This document shows positions 37,325-49,185 of a stretch of DNA of 49,797 nucleotides, piece by piece. A model generated the notes under the pieces. That model was not told the origin of the DNA, ran no database searches, and saw nothing but the letters and a program-made list of their open reading frames with translations. The translations under genes and the position numbers were made by a program. The stretch is from Chiloscyllium plagiosum. Taxonomy: Eukaryota. How positions within the stretch are numbered: the stretch's first letter is position 1; every line of letters begins with the position of its first letter. The DNA is taken from NCBI RefSeq assembly GCF_004010195.1, contig NC_057751.1, positions 17,895,768 to 17,945,564 of the forward strand. The letters run 5' to 3'.

Positions 37325-38040
37325 CTATGACCATCAGTCATGACAGAAAATCTAACCACCACCACTTGGTATTCAAAGATGTTGTCATCACTGATTTCCC
37401 CACCAAAAACAATCCGAGAATTATCATTGATCAGGAACTCAACTTGATTCCTCACGTGAACATTTAGCGTACAAAACCAAATCAGAGGCTATAAAGACTG
37501 TGGTGACTGTCTCATCTGCTGACTCCATATAACCTATCTAACACCTAAAAGAGTCAAGCTGGAAAAATACACCTAACTTGCCGAGAGACTTGACAACATC
37601 CAGGCAATATTAGCCTGCTTGATTGCTGCATCCACAAAATCTACTCCCCACATCACCAATGCTCAGTAACAGCAGTGTGTACTATCTACAAGATGCACTG
37701 CAGAAATTCACCAAGAATTCTGAGACAGCACATTGCAAACCCTGGCCACTTACATCTCGGAAGACAAGGGTATCAAACACATGGGGACACCATCAACTTC
37801 AAATTATTCTCCAAGCCACCCTCCATCCTGAGTTGGGAATATATACACGTCCCTTGTCTGTCACTGGGTCAAAATCCTGAATTTCCCTCCCTAATAACAT
37901 TGTGGGTCAACCAACAGCAGGTGGGACTCCATCAGTTCAAGAAAGCAGCTCACCACTACTTTCTCAAGGGCAACTGGGACGAGCAAATCATTCTGGCCGA
38001 CCAGCGACGCCCACATTCGACAAATTAATCAAACAAAAAT
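37325..38040 (+). mobile_element. 3' end of an L2/CR1-group LINE (family distinct from the main CR1)
   Basis: IIIDQELN, LDNIQ, CTIYKMHCRNSPRIL and LHQFKKAAHHYFLKGN, followed by a ccagcgacgcccacat tail. Confidence 0.8.
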
Positions 38041-38479
38041 CACTTGGGATTATCCACAGCAGTATACTCCTGACTGATACTGTGAGATATCACATTGAAT
38101 GGAGCTCTTTATTAAGGCAAGGTAAACCTTACAGTGACAAATGAAGATCAATCGACGACTCCATATTAGTCACTGATCAAACAGCGTCAGTTTACTATGT
38201 TCTTCAAACGCTTTTATTATGGTAATGTTCGACTTCGACTTAATCATTGTCATTCTCTTTTGGACACTTTTGCTTTGTATATTCCTTTCTTATAAAGCTG
38301 ACTGAATCCCACTTTTTCCCCGAACTCAGTATCCATCACCTCTCATCTCTCCTTGCAAATTCCAAGCGATTTGTCCCTTGCCATGCAGATCGGACCTTGG
38401 AATTTACCTCATTTGCTCTTCAGGATTTCACAATTGATTTTATGGTGTCCCGTTCCTATTACTGCCTCTGCCTCTGTTC

Positions 38480-38820
38480 TGAATATAGCCAAATGATAAC
38501 TCTCTTTGCACGTTCCCTTACACAGTTGTTTGCGATTTAGATAAAGAATCGTCATTATTTTGTTCCAAAACTGCATAGTCTCACCTTCATACATGGTACT
38601 GCATCAGGCGTATATTTATCCACTCCCTGAACTTGTCGCAATCGCACTGAAGCATATCTGGGTGCTATTTATATTTATCCCTGCTTTGTTCTGGCTGGAA
38701 ACTTGAAGATTTTTTTCCCTCATCGATAACATTAATGTCTATTGGTAATAACTGGGCACCAAGGATTCATCTTTGTGGTGCCCTCCTGCACACTGCCTGA
38801 CACTAGGCAGCTTGATTAAT
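38480..38820 (-). mobile_element. Old CR1 RT fragment
   Basis: Degenerate reverse motifs for GVPQGS.LG and the LQ.D region. Confidence 0.5.
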
Positions 38821-40027
38821 TGTTGAGTTGGCTGATTTACCTGAGAATGTAACTAAAGAATCTGTCGAAAGAAATTTTAAAGCACGGAAAGAAAGTATGT
38901 CTTCAGTGGCCCCAATATCTAATGAAATGTCAGAAATGTGAGTGCTACCAAATTGACTTCGATATGAAGGGAAATTGGGATACTGAGTTGATCAATGAGC
39001 ACTGTTTGTGTTTTGTGGATTAGGACCTATTGTGAATTGAATAACAGGCAGCAGTGAGATTGTTAACCCTAGTTTTAAAATGTTAGCGCCCTGTGAAGCA
39101 ACGCAGACATCTATTGGAAAAGTCGACTCAGGAGGATGCAATAGAAGGAATGAAGTTCTCTGGAATGAGCTGACACAGTGATATCTCGAGAGGAGAAGGA
39201 AAGTTAGCTGTGAGACAACAGCAGAAGTGGAATTAATTCAGGCTCAGAAACTGGTTTGTCAACATGAATGTCATTAAAATTAATAATAATAACAGACACG
39301 AGCAGATTTGCTTTTCCAACAGTGTGTTTCACCCCACTCCACTATGCCGAACCCTCCCCCTACCCCCGCCCCCCGCCACACCCCGCCAACTCAGCCGGAG
39401 CACCTGTGAGGATATTAAAGTCGAATAACAGTGGCAGTGGAGAAATGGCTGCTGATCCTGTTTCACTTCCATTACTGCAGGAGATATTGTGACTGTCGTC
39501 ATCCCCACATTAAGTGTTTCCACTTGAAAGTCATTTTTGGTGACTTCTCTCCAGCATATTTGACTCTTCGTGTAATTTGCAGCTCTCAGTCAATAAACAC
39601 TGAGATTGTCATTTTTTATTAGATTCAACGGCATCAAACGATTCGAAGATGGTGCAAACAAAGGTGCAGATCCAGTTAATCAACCATGACTTCATTAATT
39701 TAAGAATGTGCTCAAAAAGCTGAAAGACTCGCTGCCGCTCTGATCTCTGATCCATTTATTTCCACCTTGCTCTCTGTTTGTCCAATATTTTCTTTTAAGC
39801 AGGATTGCTGAGTTTTGTCCTCCTGCTCAGAAAATCCTGGTCCTCGGAAAGTCACCTCAAGACTTCGACACTGCTGTTTCTAATCAAAAGCTCCTGCCAA
39901 AGTTCTGATTCTCCAGCTTTCCATTTCTTCCAAACTGTTAATATCACTTTTACGTTCTTTTCCCTCATCGTGGTTCGGTCTGGCGTTGATTCTTGGTTTG
40001 TTTTGATCGCTTTCCTTGTTACATTAT

Positions 40028-40899
40028 TTACGTAAAGATAGCTTCGAATGGGTTCTTAAGTTTCTCTCTGAACTTCGAGAGAATTGCAACATAAACAATG
40101 GTGTTTGTGCAGCAATTCAAATTCCGCAACATGTATGCAAATGTTTGAAACATATATTTGCCTTGATCGTCTAAACGACTGTAAACACCAAAATAAGATA
40201 AAATATACCATAACCACAGAAAAATGAATGAGCCAGATATGGAGAAGAGTAAATTCACAGACTGATTCCGATTTTCTATCTCTGGGTCCCTTGAAGTGTC
40301 ACCTTTATTTTGAGACTTCAGACCCCTCAGACCCTTACGAACTTGACTGGCCATGAAAATGTGATTCGCTGTCAGAATGTTAAGGAACAGAATTAAAGCA
40401 AATGGAACTATTGGAGTTAAAAACTTTTCGAAATTTTTAAATGCTCTCCACGTAGGATCATAATAATATGCATACGAATTAGAACAGCCCCATGGTACAT
40501 TGTCTACAATCATGAATGGCTGAAATCTAAAGTATCTTGGAATATTTTTCAAACAAAGCAGAATTCCAGACGTAGCTAAAATTACAGTGGCAGTTTTCTT
40601 CGTACAAAATTTAAATTTCAACTTCTCACAACAAATGGTGACATGTCGATCCAAGGTGAAAGCGATAGTAAACCAGACAGAACAATCGATGACTGCATGA
40701 CTAAGAGCATGGTGAACACTACAAGCCGGGGTGATGTCAAGGAATGAAGTGGGGAAGTAATAATATTTTATTTGCCTTAGTATGATCTCAAAGATAGTAA
40801 ACAACAGATCCATCATTGCCATGGCCATCAGGTAACATGTGGTGCAGGCAGACAGTCCACAATTTCCTCGGTACAAGATCGCAATCGTCAGTAAATTGA
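40028..40899 (-). CDS. GPR139-like: GPR139/GPR142-like class A orphan GPCR, exon 2 (end of TM1 through TM7 and helix 8)
   Basis: Open frame NLLTIAIL..YLMAMAMMDLL..CSVWFTIAFTLDRHVTICC..TPIVPFALILFLNILT..CCTNTIVY..SKFRE; polypyrimidine acceptor ttttctctctcttttgcAG. Confidence 0.92.
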
Positions 40900-41432
40900 C
40901 TGCAAAAGAGAGAGAAAACAATAGACACTGAAAAATACAGACAAACCTTTTCCATATTTGAGGCAAGAGAGTAATGCTTAGATTTTTGTAACACTACGCA
41001 ATTGTCTGTAGATATGAATAAAACATTCATAATCACAATTATGTCACCCACATCGCTCCAACCCTACACCTTCAGGTTGAAAACATGCGGAATTTGAGCG
41101 TGCGCCACATTGCACGTAGGGCAAAGGTAGACTTGTTAATATTAGAATAAGGATGAAAGGAAAATTGTGTCAGGAACTGTCTGGTGCATTCAGGCAGATT
41201 CCAGACTCGGGACAATGCAAGCTTCAATTTGTATTACAGTCCAGATTAAGAGAACACTTTCTGGACATTCACACAACGTTCTTGGAATAAAAAGAAACGT
41301 TTTCCTCGAACCAATCACTTTTATTAGTGTTACATGGAGGAAGGATTACAATTGAAGTGTAGGTTTGACAAACCTATGCAAGCACAAATTAAATAAAGAA
41401 TTGGACCTACTCTGCTCAAAATTTAAAAGGAT

Positions 41433-41722
41433 TGGCACGGCGAACCAATGGTTGATACTGTGTCAGGGACTTGGGTTGAATGACTGCCTGTGCGACGTTT
41501 GCACATTCCCCCTTTTCTGACTTTGTTTCCTTCCACAATCCGATGATGTGCTGGTTAGGTGACTTGGCCATGCTAGATTGTCCATCATGGTCAGCAATGC
41601 ATAGGCTTGATACATTAGTCAGGGGAAAATGTAGGGGAATATAACTCTGTGGGTTACTCTTCAGAAGGTCGCAGTGGAATCGTTGGGCCGAAGGGTCTGT
41701 TTCCACACTCTAGGTGTTCTAT
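41433..41722 (+). mobile_element. HE1-type V-SINE, strongly diverged (in the GPCR intron)
   Basis: tttgcacattcccc, ggttaggtgacttggccatgcta and gggccgaagggtctgtttccacact motifs. Confidence 0.8.
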
Positions 41723-42599
41723 TATATGAAAGAATACTTTTAGAAAAAAATACTGTGCATTCAGGATTTCCAAAACTCTATACATGTGAATGTAATAATG
41801 CAGATATGTCTTTCACTTGCAAGAATACTGCCTTTATAAATTTCAGCGTTTGAGGTATATTGAAGTGCTTGTTATTTTGTCCTTCCAATAAAGGAATGCT
41901 GATGTCTGATCAACCACGGTTTTTTTCAAATTGCAAAGGTATTTGTCTGAAAACCAAAGAAAATATTTCTGTTTCTGATAGTGCGCTGAAAGGGAAGATA
42001 GCTACTAATAAATTCTGTGATCGACTCAGAAGCCGGAGACATTTGCTTTGTGGACGTGGACTTGCAGACCCTCTCGAATCGAGACATGGCAAAACTATGA
42101 CGATGAAATTTTTGCATGAAGGAGACAGGAATGTCAGGATGCGTTCGTGAGGTTGAAAGAGGGCAATGTGCAGCATAAAGACAGTCATAGTCCCTTTGTT
42201 TTAAACGCCACGTTTCCAGCTGTAAAGGCAGTAAATTTAATGTTAGGTGATGACAATCATTCGTACTTTCATCTTAATGAAATAATTTCAATCACAGGGC
42301 AAAAGGTTTTCAGAGTTGTGACCGGTGAAGGAAATGAATCAGTTCCAGAAGATATTTAATCTGCTTGAATTTAGAATAATGTGGTGTTCCAACTTGATAT
42401 ATTTGCATAAACATACATGAATGGATACTGAAATCACAGCATAGTCACTTGGATCAGGTGCCTCAATCCAGTCAGGTATCCAGTTTGAGAACAATTCCAG
42501 AGCCAGAGAATCACAGAAACCTTCTGTAAAGGATACGTCCCTTGACCAATGGTGTCTGCACAATGGAAAATGCAATAAACTGACAGTTGTTTTACTTTT

Positions 42600-43750
42600 C
42601 TTCACTGAGCGCCTGGCATTAAATATAACAAGATTTCAAGTGCTCGTCTTCTTTTTTTCTATTTGTGAGGTTCCTCATTCACTTAATGTCCCAGAAAGTA
42701 CATTCCAGAAACCCAGAGCCCTCTTGGTGAAAAAGATTGACCTGATATCTCTTCTATTAATCAATCCTTTCACCTTTAAATTCTATCGGTTTGTCATTGA
42801 ACGTTCGACGAAAGATAACAGGCAAGATTATTTCACCCTGTCCATTCCCCTCATAATTTTATGCAACTCTATATTTTCGGACTTTATAAGCTCTAAATAA
42901 AAACATGCGAGCTTCTCCAACCTCGCCTAATAGTGGAAATTCTCCGTCCCAGGCAATAGCCTTATGCACGCCTGTTGTATCCGCTCTACCCCAGCCTATT
43001 TAGACTCTCCTGCCAGATCAAAATCCCCAAAGCTGGCAACAAGCTTGCAAATCCTTTCTGAGTGATAAGCAGAATGACAGTGATATAATTAACGTCGAAG
43101 ATTGTGACACATAAAAAGCACAGCAGGCCAGGTAGCATTCGAGGAGCAGGACAGTCCATGTTTCGGACATAAGCACATCATCAGTCATTCCTGATGCAAT
43201 AGCTGTGCCCAAATCCTTCCTACAGTACAATGATCAGAAGTATGCCCATTACTACACTTGTCTCCTGAACAGAGATCTGACATGTTCGAACCTGACATAC
43301 GTATTATTATATGATATGGCAGGACTTGTAAAGCAAGAGTTGCACAAATCATCTGAAGTTTCTCATGAAACTTTCCCCTTTTAGAGATCCGTGGAGCCAT
43401 ACACCAAGCATTCCTTGTTATTCTGAGTCTGCTTGCGTTCTGGCATATTTTGTATACTCCCTTTGGCTTGCTTAATCTCCCAAAAGTCATCACTTTGCAT
43501 TTATCAGGTGGCTGTTTCATCAGAGACTGATAGGCCCATATGGTCAATCTATTAATATCCATCTGGAAGCTAACATATTCCTCCTCACTGACAACACCAG
43601 GCTCACCTTTGTGTAATTCACCAAATTAATTATCGCCCTTTATCCAATCTTCAAATTTTTATCTGCCCTATTTATGAAAGCCACAAACAATGAAAGATCG
43701 ATCACTGATCCGTTTGGCACACCATTTTACACTGGGCTCTTGAAATTATT
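42600..43750 (-). mobile_element. Old CR1 3' fragment containing a copied 207-bp block
   Basis: DINRLTIWA..DKCKVMTFGR remnant and reverse 3'-end motifs. Confidence 0.65.
42992..43198 (+). repeat. 207-bp direct duplicate of 45130-45336
   Basis: Ungapped near-identity with scattered substitutions. Confidence 0.95.
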
Positions 43751-44739
43751 ATGCAGTCAAAGGGGTAAATTGGAACATTACCATGTGTTAGCCATACTAT
43801 TTTGTTACCAATTAGTCTCAATGATGAACACGTGAGTCTCCAGAATGACATCAGTGTTAGTAGACAACAAGTTTTACTATTCAGTTGTTTGCAACAAAGC
43901 GCAGTCACTGGATGTGCTCACGAAAGGCTGTTAATGTGCTTTCATTAAAAAAAAACACGCAAAACTTTATTGCAGAAGAGGAATAATGGACAAACTATGT
44001 CTCACTCTGAAATGATCCCAATCGAATAATCATGAAGGAAGATTTAATCCATTTACCGCCCCAACGATCTTACAGATACTCCAGCCTCAGTGAAGGGTGA
44101 CTTGTGATTCCATGCTGAAGTCCCATGCTCATCTGCCGTGGTTACAATAGGTTACACTTTTAACAATTTTCTGCATTCACTTTACTTTAGATTATTTATT
44201 TAGTGGACTTTCTTTGGATATTTAAACACTGATCATTTAGCATGCCTACCTTTACGTTATTTCATCGAGAGCTTTGGGCCTATATTATTCTGTTTGTCAA
44301 TCCACAAACATTTCTTCCTGGGCTTCTTCTCAGCAGTTCCAAGACCTTTCACCGCGCTTTAGCAGGTGGTATACTTTTAACAGAACGTGCTGATGATACG
44401 GACTTTTTCAGTTTCTCTGGCCTTGCATTTGTCTGGATCAACTTCCTCCTGGGGCTTTTTTCCCCAATGCAAAACCTCAAGGCAGTAAATGCTGGTAAAA
44501 TAGTTTCCTCTGATTTTACTTGCTGTTCATTCATTGAAACTCACATGGCGCATTGGATTTGAGAAAAAAAAAATCGACTCCCTGTCAAGAAGAGCATGCT
44601 GACCTGTACAGAACTGAAATTGTACACGTGATGCACGTCAGTGCTGAGTATCAGCATTCATCAGTGTAAATTTCTTCAGGCCTCCGAACCATATTCTCCA
44701 GAAATTTGTTGATTTTATTCATCATAGCCCTGGTGCTAT

Positions 44740-45200
44740 GCACATGGGAACAGACCCTTACTTCCAAAACTTCCACAGTAACCAGTTTTGCGAAATCAAT
44801 CTAGTCCCATTTGTAAGCATTTGATCCACATCATTCTCAGTCCATTCTATACTCATCCTAATGCCTTTTAAATGTTGTAAATGGGTCAGCCTCTACCGTT
44901 TTATTTAGCAGCTCATTCATTATATGCAGCAAAATCTGCGTGGAAATGTTGGCGCAAAGATACATTTTTTAATTATTCCCTTCTTGCCTGAAACCTAAGA
45001 GCTTTAGTTTTGGACTCCACAAAGCCAGGGAAACTCCCTCAACGATTTACCCTATGCATGTCCCTCGATTTTATAAATATCTATAAGGACACCCCTCAGC
45101 CTCCGGTGTTCCACACATACACAAAAAAACAGCCTACTTGGACTCTCCTGCCAGCTCAAAATCCACAAAGCTGGCAACAAGCTTGCAAATCTTTCCTGAG
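44740..45200 (-). mobile_element. CR1 3' fragment
   Basis: EHRRLRGVLIDIYKI motif and reverse 3' UTR. Confidence 0.75.
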
Positions 45201-45224
45201 TGATAGGCAGAATGACAGTGATAT

Positions 45225-45453
45225 AATTAACGTCGAAGATTGTGACACATAAAAAGCACAGCAGGTCAGGTAGCAATCGAGGCGCAGGACGGTCCATGTT
45301 TCGGACATAAGCACATTATCAGTCATTCCTGATGCAGTGGTTATGTCCGAATCGTCGACTTTCCTGTTCGTCGAATGCTGCCCGACCCGCTATCATTTCC
45401 AGCGCCACAGGTTTCGACACTGATCTCCAGCATCTGCAGTTTTCACTTTCTCC
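45225..45453. mobile_element. Degenerate Penelope-derived hairpin element with two inverted decayed hammerhead cores
   Basis: gtttcggacataagcacattatcag...ctgatgcagtggttatgtccgaatcgtc, followed by ctgatctccagcatctgcag as at 12231-12250. Confidence 0.7.
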
Positions 45454-45612
45454 TAGTAATATCACGTTGTGTAGAGATCTGAAAGAAAATGGAGGCAGCA
45501 CAATAAAACTAGATAATTAATAATTGAGGTAACATTACTTATTTTCTTGGGTAACTTTCAAATCGAGATAAGACGTAGATTTAAACAGTCTTAATGGTCT
45601 AAACTCACTTAC

Positions 45613-45679
45613 CAGGAAGGCCAATTATGCCCAAGACCAGATAGAATACTCTCCTCACTGTCCAGATTGGAGCATACAT
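45613..45679 (-). CDS. GPR139-like: GPR139/GPR142-like GPCR, coding exon 1
   Basis: MYAPIWTVRRVFYLVLGIIGLP plus G, then the consensus donor GTAAGT. The phase-1 join gives GLPVNLL and completes TM1; the spliced CDS is 939 nt. Confidence 0.88.
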
Positions 45680-48289
45680 ATCACGTGTGCATCGAATTGT
45701 GCCTCGCTTCTGCTGCAAATTCCTGGCCGTTTAATTGCGTGATCTTTCTTCGCTGGTGTTTTAATTATAATTGCATTAGGTTTCCATGGGGATTTGGGGG
45801 ACGTGAGTGATTGGACTGTATTTTTGTTGCATAATTTTCTAATGTGATCCTTTTGCTTGTAAAGTTTGAACAAACAGATGACGACAGCTGAATTATTCCT
45901 GTGATGCTGTGAAGAATAAAATAAGTCAACCACCACTGCATGACGAGGTGACAGCACTGATCACGTGGAGTAACTGATCAGGACTGGAAGCTGTGGTAGA
46001 GACAAATGGAATAGCTCCTGCACGCATCCTAAGTCGAAGGTCTCGACTTAGCATATTGGCTGTAATGACCTTCTCTCAATGACCATTCCTAGAGTGAGTT
46101 CTGACCATGAAAAATCACACCCAGATGTGCGCAAACGAGTTCAAAGCACCGCTGCCCTCTTTAGCTGTGGACAATCAGTTGAGAATTTCATTGAATTAAA
46201 GTGAGCAACAGAGAATTCGACAAGTTGGATGGTTTAGTTCAAACATTTCCCAATCTCAATCCCGTCATCTCTCTATCATTAGCTTACATCTTATGTAATA
46301 TTCAGCTCCCTATAATTAGATCTGATTTATTTAACTCTTAGTGAGTTAACTTCATGTTCTCAATAAGAACCATGCAATCAGTAATTTTCGGGCACATCGT
46401 TGTTGAGTCTGTTGCCAAGCTCCTGCAAGCTTTGTCCACAGTAAAGTTTCTAGTCTCCGTGTAATAGTCAAGTGCCTTATATTCAGAGTATGGGGTGGAT
46501 TTGGGGAACCAGTATAAATGGCTAAGTTAGTCGTGCATTGCGTTATCCAAGCTTGAACAAAAGGTGAGGTTTTCTGTTATCTGCCAATCCATCACATGCT
46601 TGGAGCTAGTCATGTTCCAGATGCACCTCTGCATCTGATGCACTTTTGTTCACACTCACAGAACGCAATAATGTGCGGTATTTGATTATTGCATCTCCCT
46701 CATTCGTTTGCAGTTTGTAGTGAATTTCCCTTCACTTCAATGTATACAACAAATCCAAGACCTAAGTCTTGCTGATTACCATTGTTCAGAAACTGAACTG
46801 GACTAGTCAAACAAATGCAATGTCTACCAGAACAGTTCAGAAGCAAGTGATGCGGCAGCGAAGAACCTAATGCCAAACAAGTTGCAGGTCACGGTGTTAT
46901 GAAATAAACTCAATTTCCCGGATAGATGCAGCCCACTCAGTACACAAAACGCTGGCCACCATATGGGGCAAACAACCTATCTGATTGGCGTCACAGCCTA
47001 AATATCCACTCTCTCCACCACGGCTGCACGGAAGATGTAATGAGCATCATCAGCAAACTTTCAGCGCATAACTCAACAAGAATTTATTTCAATAAATGTC
47101 TCGAATTATTTCTGAAGGTTTATCCGAATGCAGAAACTCGGCGTAAATCTCTCTGTATAATTCATTTTCTTTGAATAATTGAAGATATTAGTCTCTGAAG
47201 AGTATTATTTTCTGTTGTATCTGACTTCAACACGGACCATTGGCTCAGGGAAAGTGCGCCAACTCCTTTCCTAATGAAAGTGGGGCAGCAGCAGAAGTAC
47301 AATTGAATACACTCCCTATTTATTGCTTATCACACCGTGATAAATGTTAGTCTATCTGCTGGGTTTGAGGAAGACAGTTAATTACTCTTGTTGTTTCTCT
47401 GCATCAATGACTGGCCAATCGTTCTTGAATTCTTTGTCGTGTTGGATAAATTGCCATTCCCCTTTCTCAAGACTTTTTTTCGACCTCTTAATTCAAATGG
47501 CAGCGGGATGAAAAGAAAGTTCTAGCAGACACGTCCACGCTCAGCATTGTCTAAGTTTCGTCTGGTTCATGATCCCACTCAGCTTGTCTCTTTTTCCCAT
47601 TTATCATTGAATTACTCTTGCCATTCCCGTTGACGGTTTAACTCTGCACGATTTTCCGTTGGCTGACTTCCCATCCTGAAGAAAGACAGACAAATCATCC
47701 TACCTGATATGAAAATGTCTGCAAAGCAATTTATAGCTTTACATCACAAAACTCTGTGGAAGTCCAATGGATGAGTCCAATCTTAAAGATTCGGAAATGC
47801 ACTCAATCGTCTCAGATGTAGAGGCGATTTGTTCCAAATTAAGAGCAGGCATTATATTCCATAATGGGCTCTGGGTTATTTTGGAAAGTTGTTCGAGCGT
47901 TGAATGATGAGGCTAATAGCGAAAGAAGGAGAAATTTGGCTTCTAAAATATGTCTTAATTTATCTGAACTGCTGCTCGGCAGTTGCATTTAAACGAGAAA
48001 ATAAAATACAAGCACAACCAGTGGATTTCAGCGTTAAAACTAGCACGTGCCTCCCACGTGCTAGTTATTATACACGCTTCTTCTTTGTCCTTATATCATG
48101 ACAACCGACATCGAATATCTGAGCAGTATGCGAGCATTGGTAAAAAGAATGTTAAACATAATCATAAATTCCTTAAGTTTGGCACTAAATTCATGTGGCA
48201 AATGGGAACAATTTCATCAGGTATTCAGAAGCTTACTTTGCATCTCCTATTTGCTGCTAACTTTGCATTCATGGTGATCATATCATCGA

Positions 48290-48765
48290 GTCATAGAATC
48301 CTCCAGCACGAGACAGGCCTTTCATCGCAAACTAGTCCATGCCGATCAAAATGTCCATCCACGCTTACCACATTTACCTGTACTTGGTGCACATCCTTCT
48401 AGCCCTTTTCTACCCGTACATTTGTCCTAATGCCTTTTGTATGTTGTTATCGTACCTGCTTCAACCACTTCCACTGGCAGATCATTTCATATATGTATCA
48501 CCCTCTGTGTAAAAATAGTTGGCCCTCAGATTCTCTTTATTATTTCTCCTCTAATGTTAATCAGATGCCCTCCGCCATGTGATCCCCAAATCCTGGGGAA
48601 AACATTGAGTGCACTCACCTTATCCACATCTCTCATGACCTTATCTAAGATGGACCCTCAATTTCCTACAGTCGAAAGTGAAATGTATTAGCTTGTCAAA
48701 CTCTTCGTATAATTAAGACCGTTTAGTCCGGACAAAATATTTCTAAATGCCTTCTGCACTCTTCC
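48290..48765 (-). mobile_element. CR1 3' fragment
   Basis: Reverse 3' UTR (gagtcatagaatc...acaggccttt) and accacttccactggcag motifs. Confidence 0.75.
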
Positions 48766-48799
48766 CAACGGGATACTCCAGAATTGCCTTGGACGGGGC

Positions 48800-49185
48800 A
48801 ATTTTAACAACACTCAAGAAGCTTGACTCCATTCAGGACAAGCCAGCCTGATTGATTGGCACCACATCCAAAAACATCCACTCCCTCTGCCACCAACATC
48901 TGCAGCAGCATTGTGTCAGAGTCTCAAGTGGCGCTGCAGAAATTCATGAAGGCTCCTTAGATACCAGCTTCGAAATCTACCATCACTTCCACCTGGAAGA
49001 ATAAATGCAGGCAATACATTGAAATAAAGCCCCTGCAGGTTCGCCTTCAGATCACACACAATCCCGACTTTGAAATATACCGGCAAGTGCTTCAGTGTCG
49101 CTGGGCAAATATCCGTGAACCACCTCCCCACTGCCACTGAGTGCACTCCACCACATGTGATGCAGCATTCCATAAGATGCTGCTC
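48800..49185 (+). mobile_element. Fragment of the same LINE family as 37325-38040, cut off by the young CR1
   Basis: TLKKLDSIQDK and catccactccctc motifs. Confidence 0.75.

Noticed and set aside
39755..39760. AATAAA on the minus strand as the GPCR poly(A) signal
   Set aside because: Plausible, but such hexamers are common in AT-rich DNA (another lies at 39615-39620); 3'-end data are needed.
40900..40966. ORF-track N-terminus of the GPCR (MPQIWK...)
   Set aside because: This is intron sequence containing the polypyrimidine tract; the exon at 45613-45679 fits TM1 and the splice phase.
47400..47710. Acceptor-like site and short minus-strand ORF upstream of the GPCR
   Set aside because: Stops occur early and there is no recognisable homology, so an exon cannot be supported.
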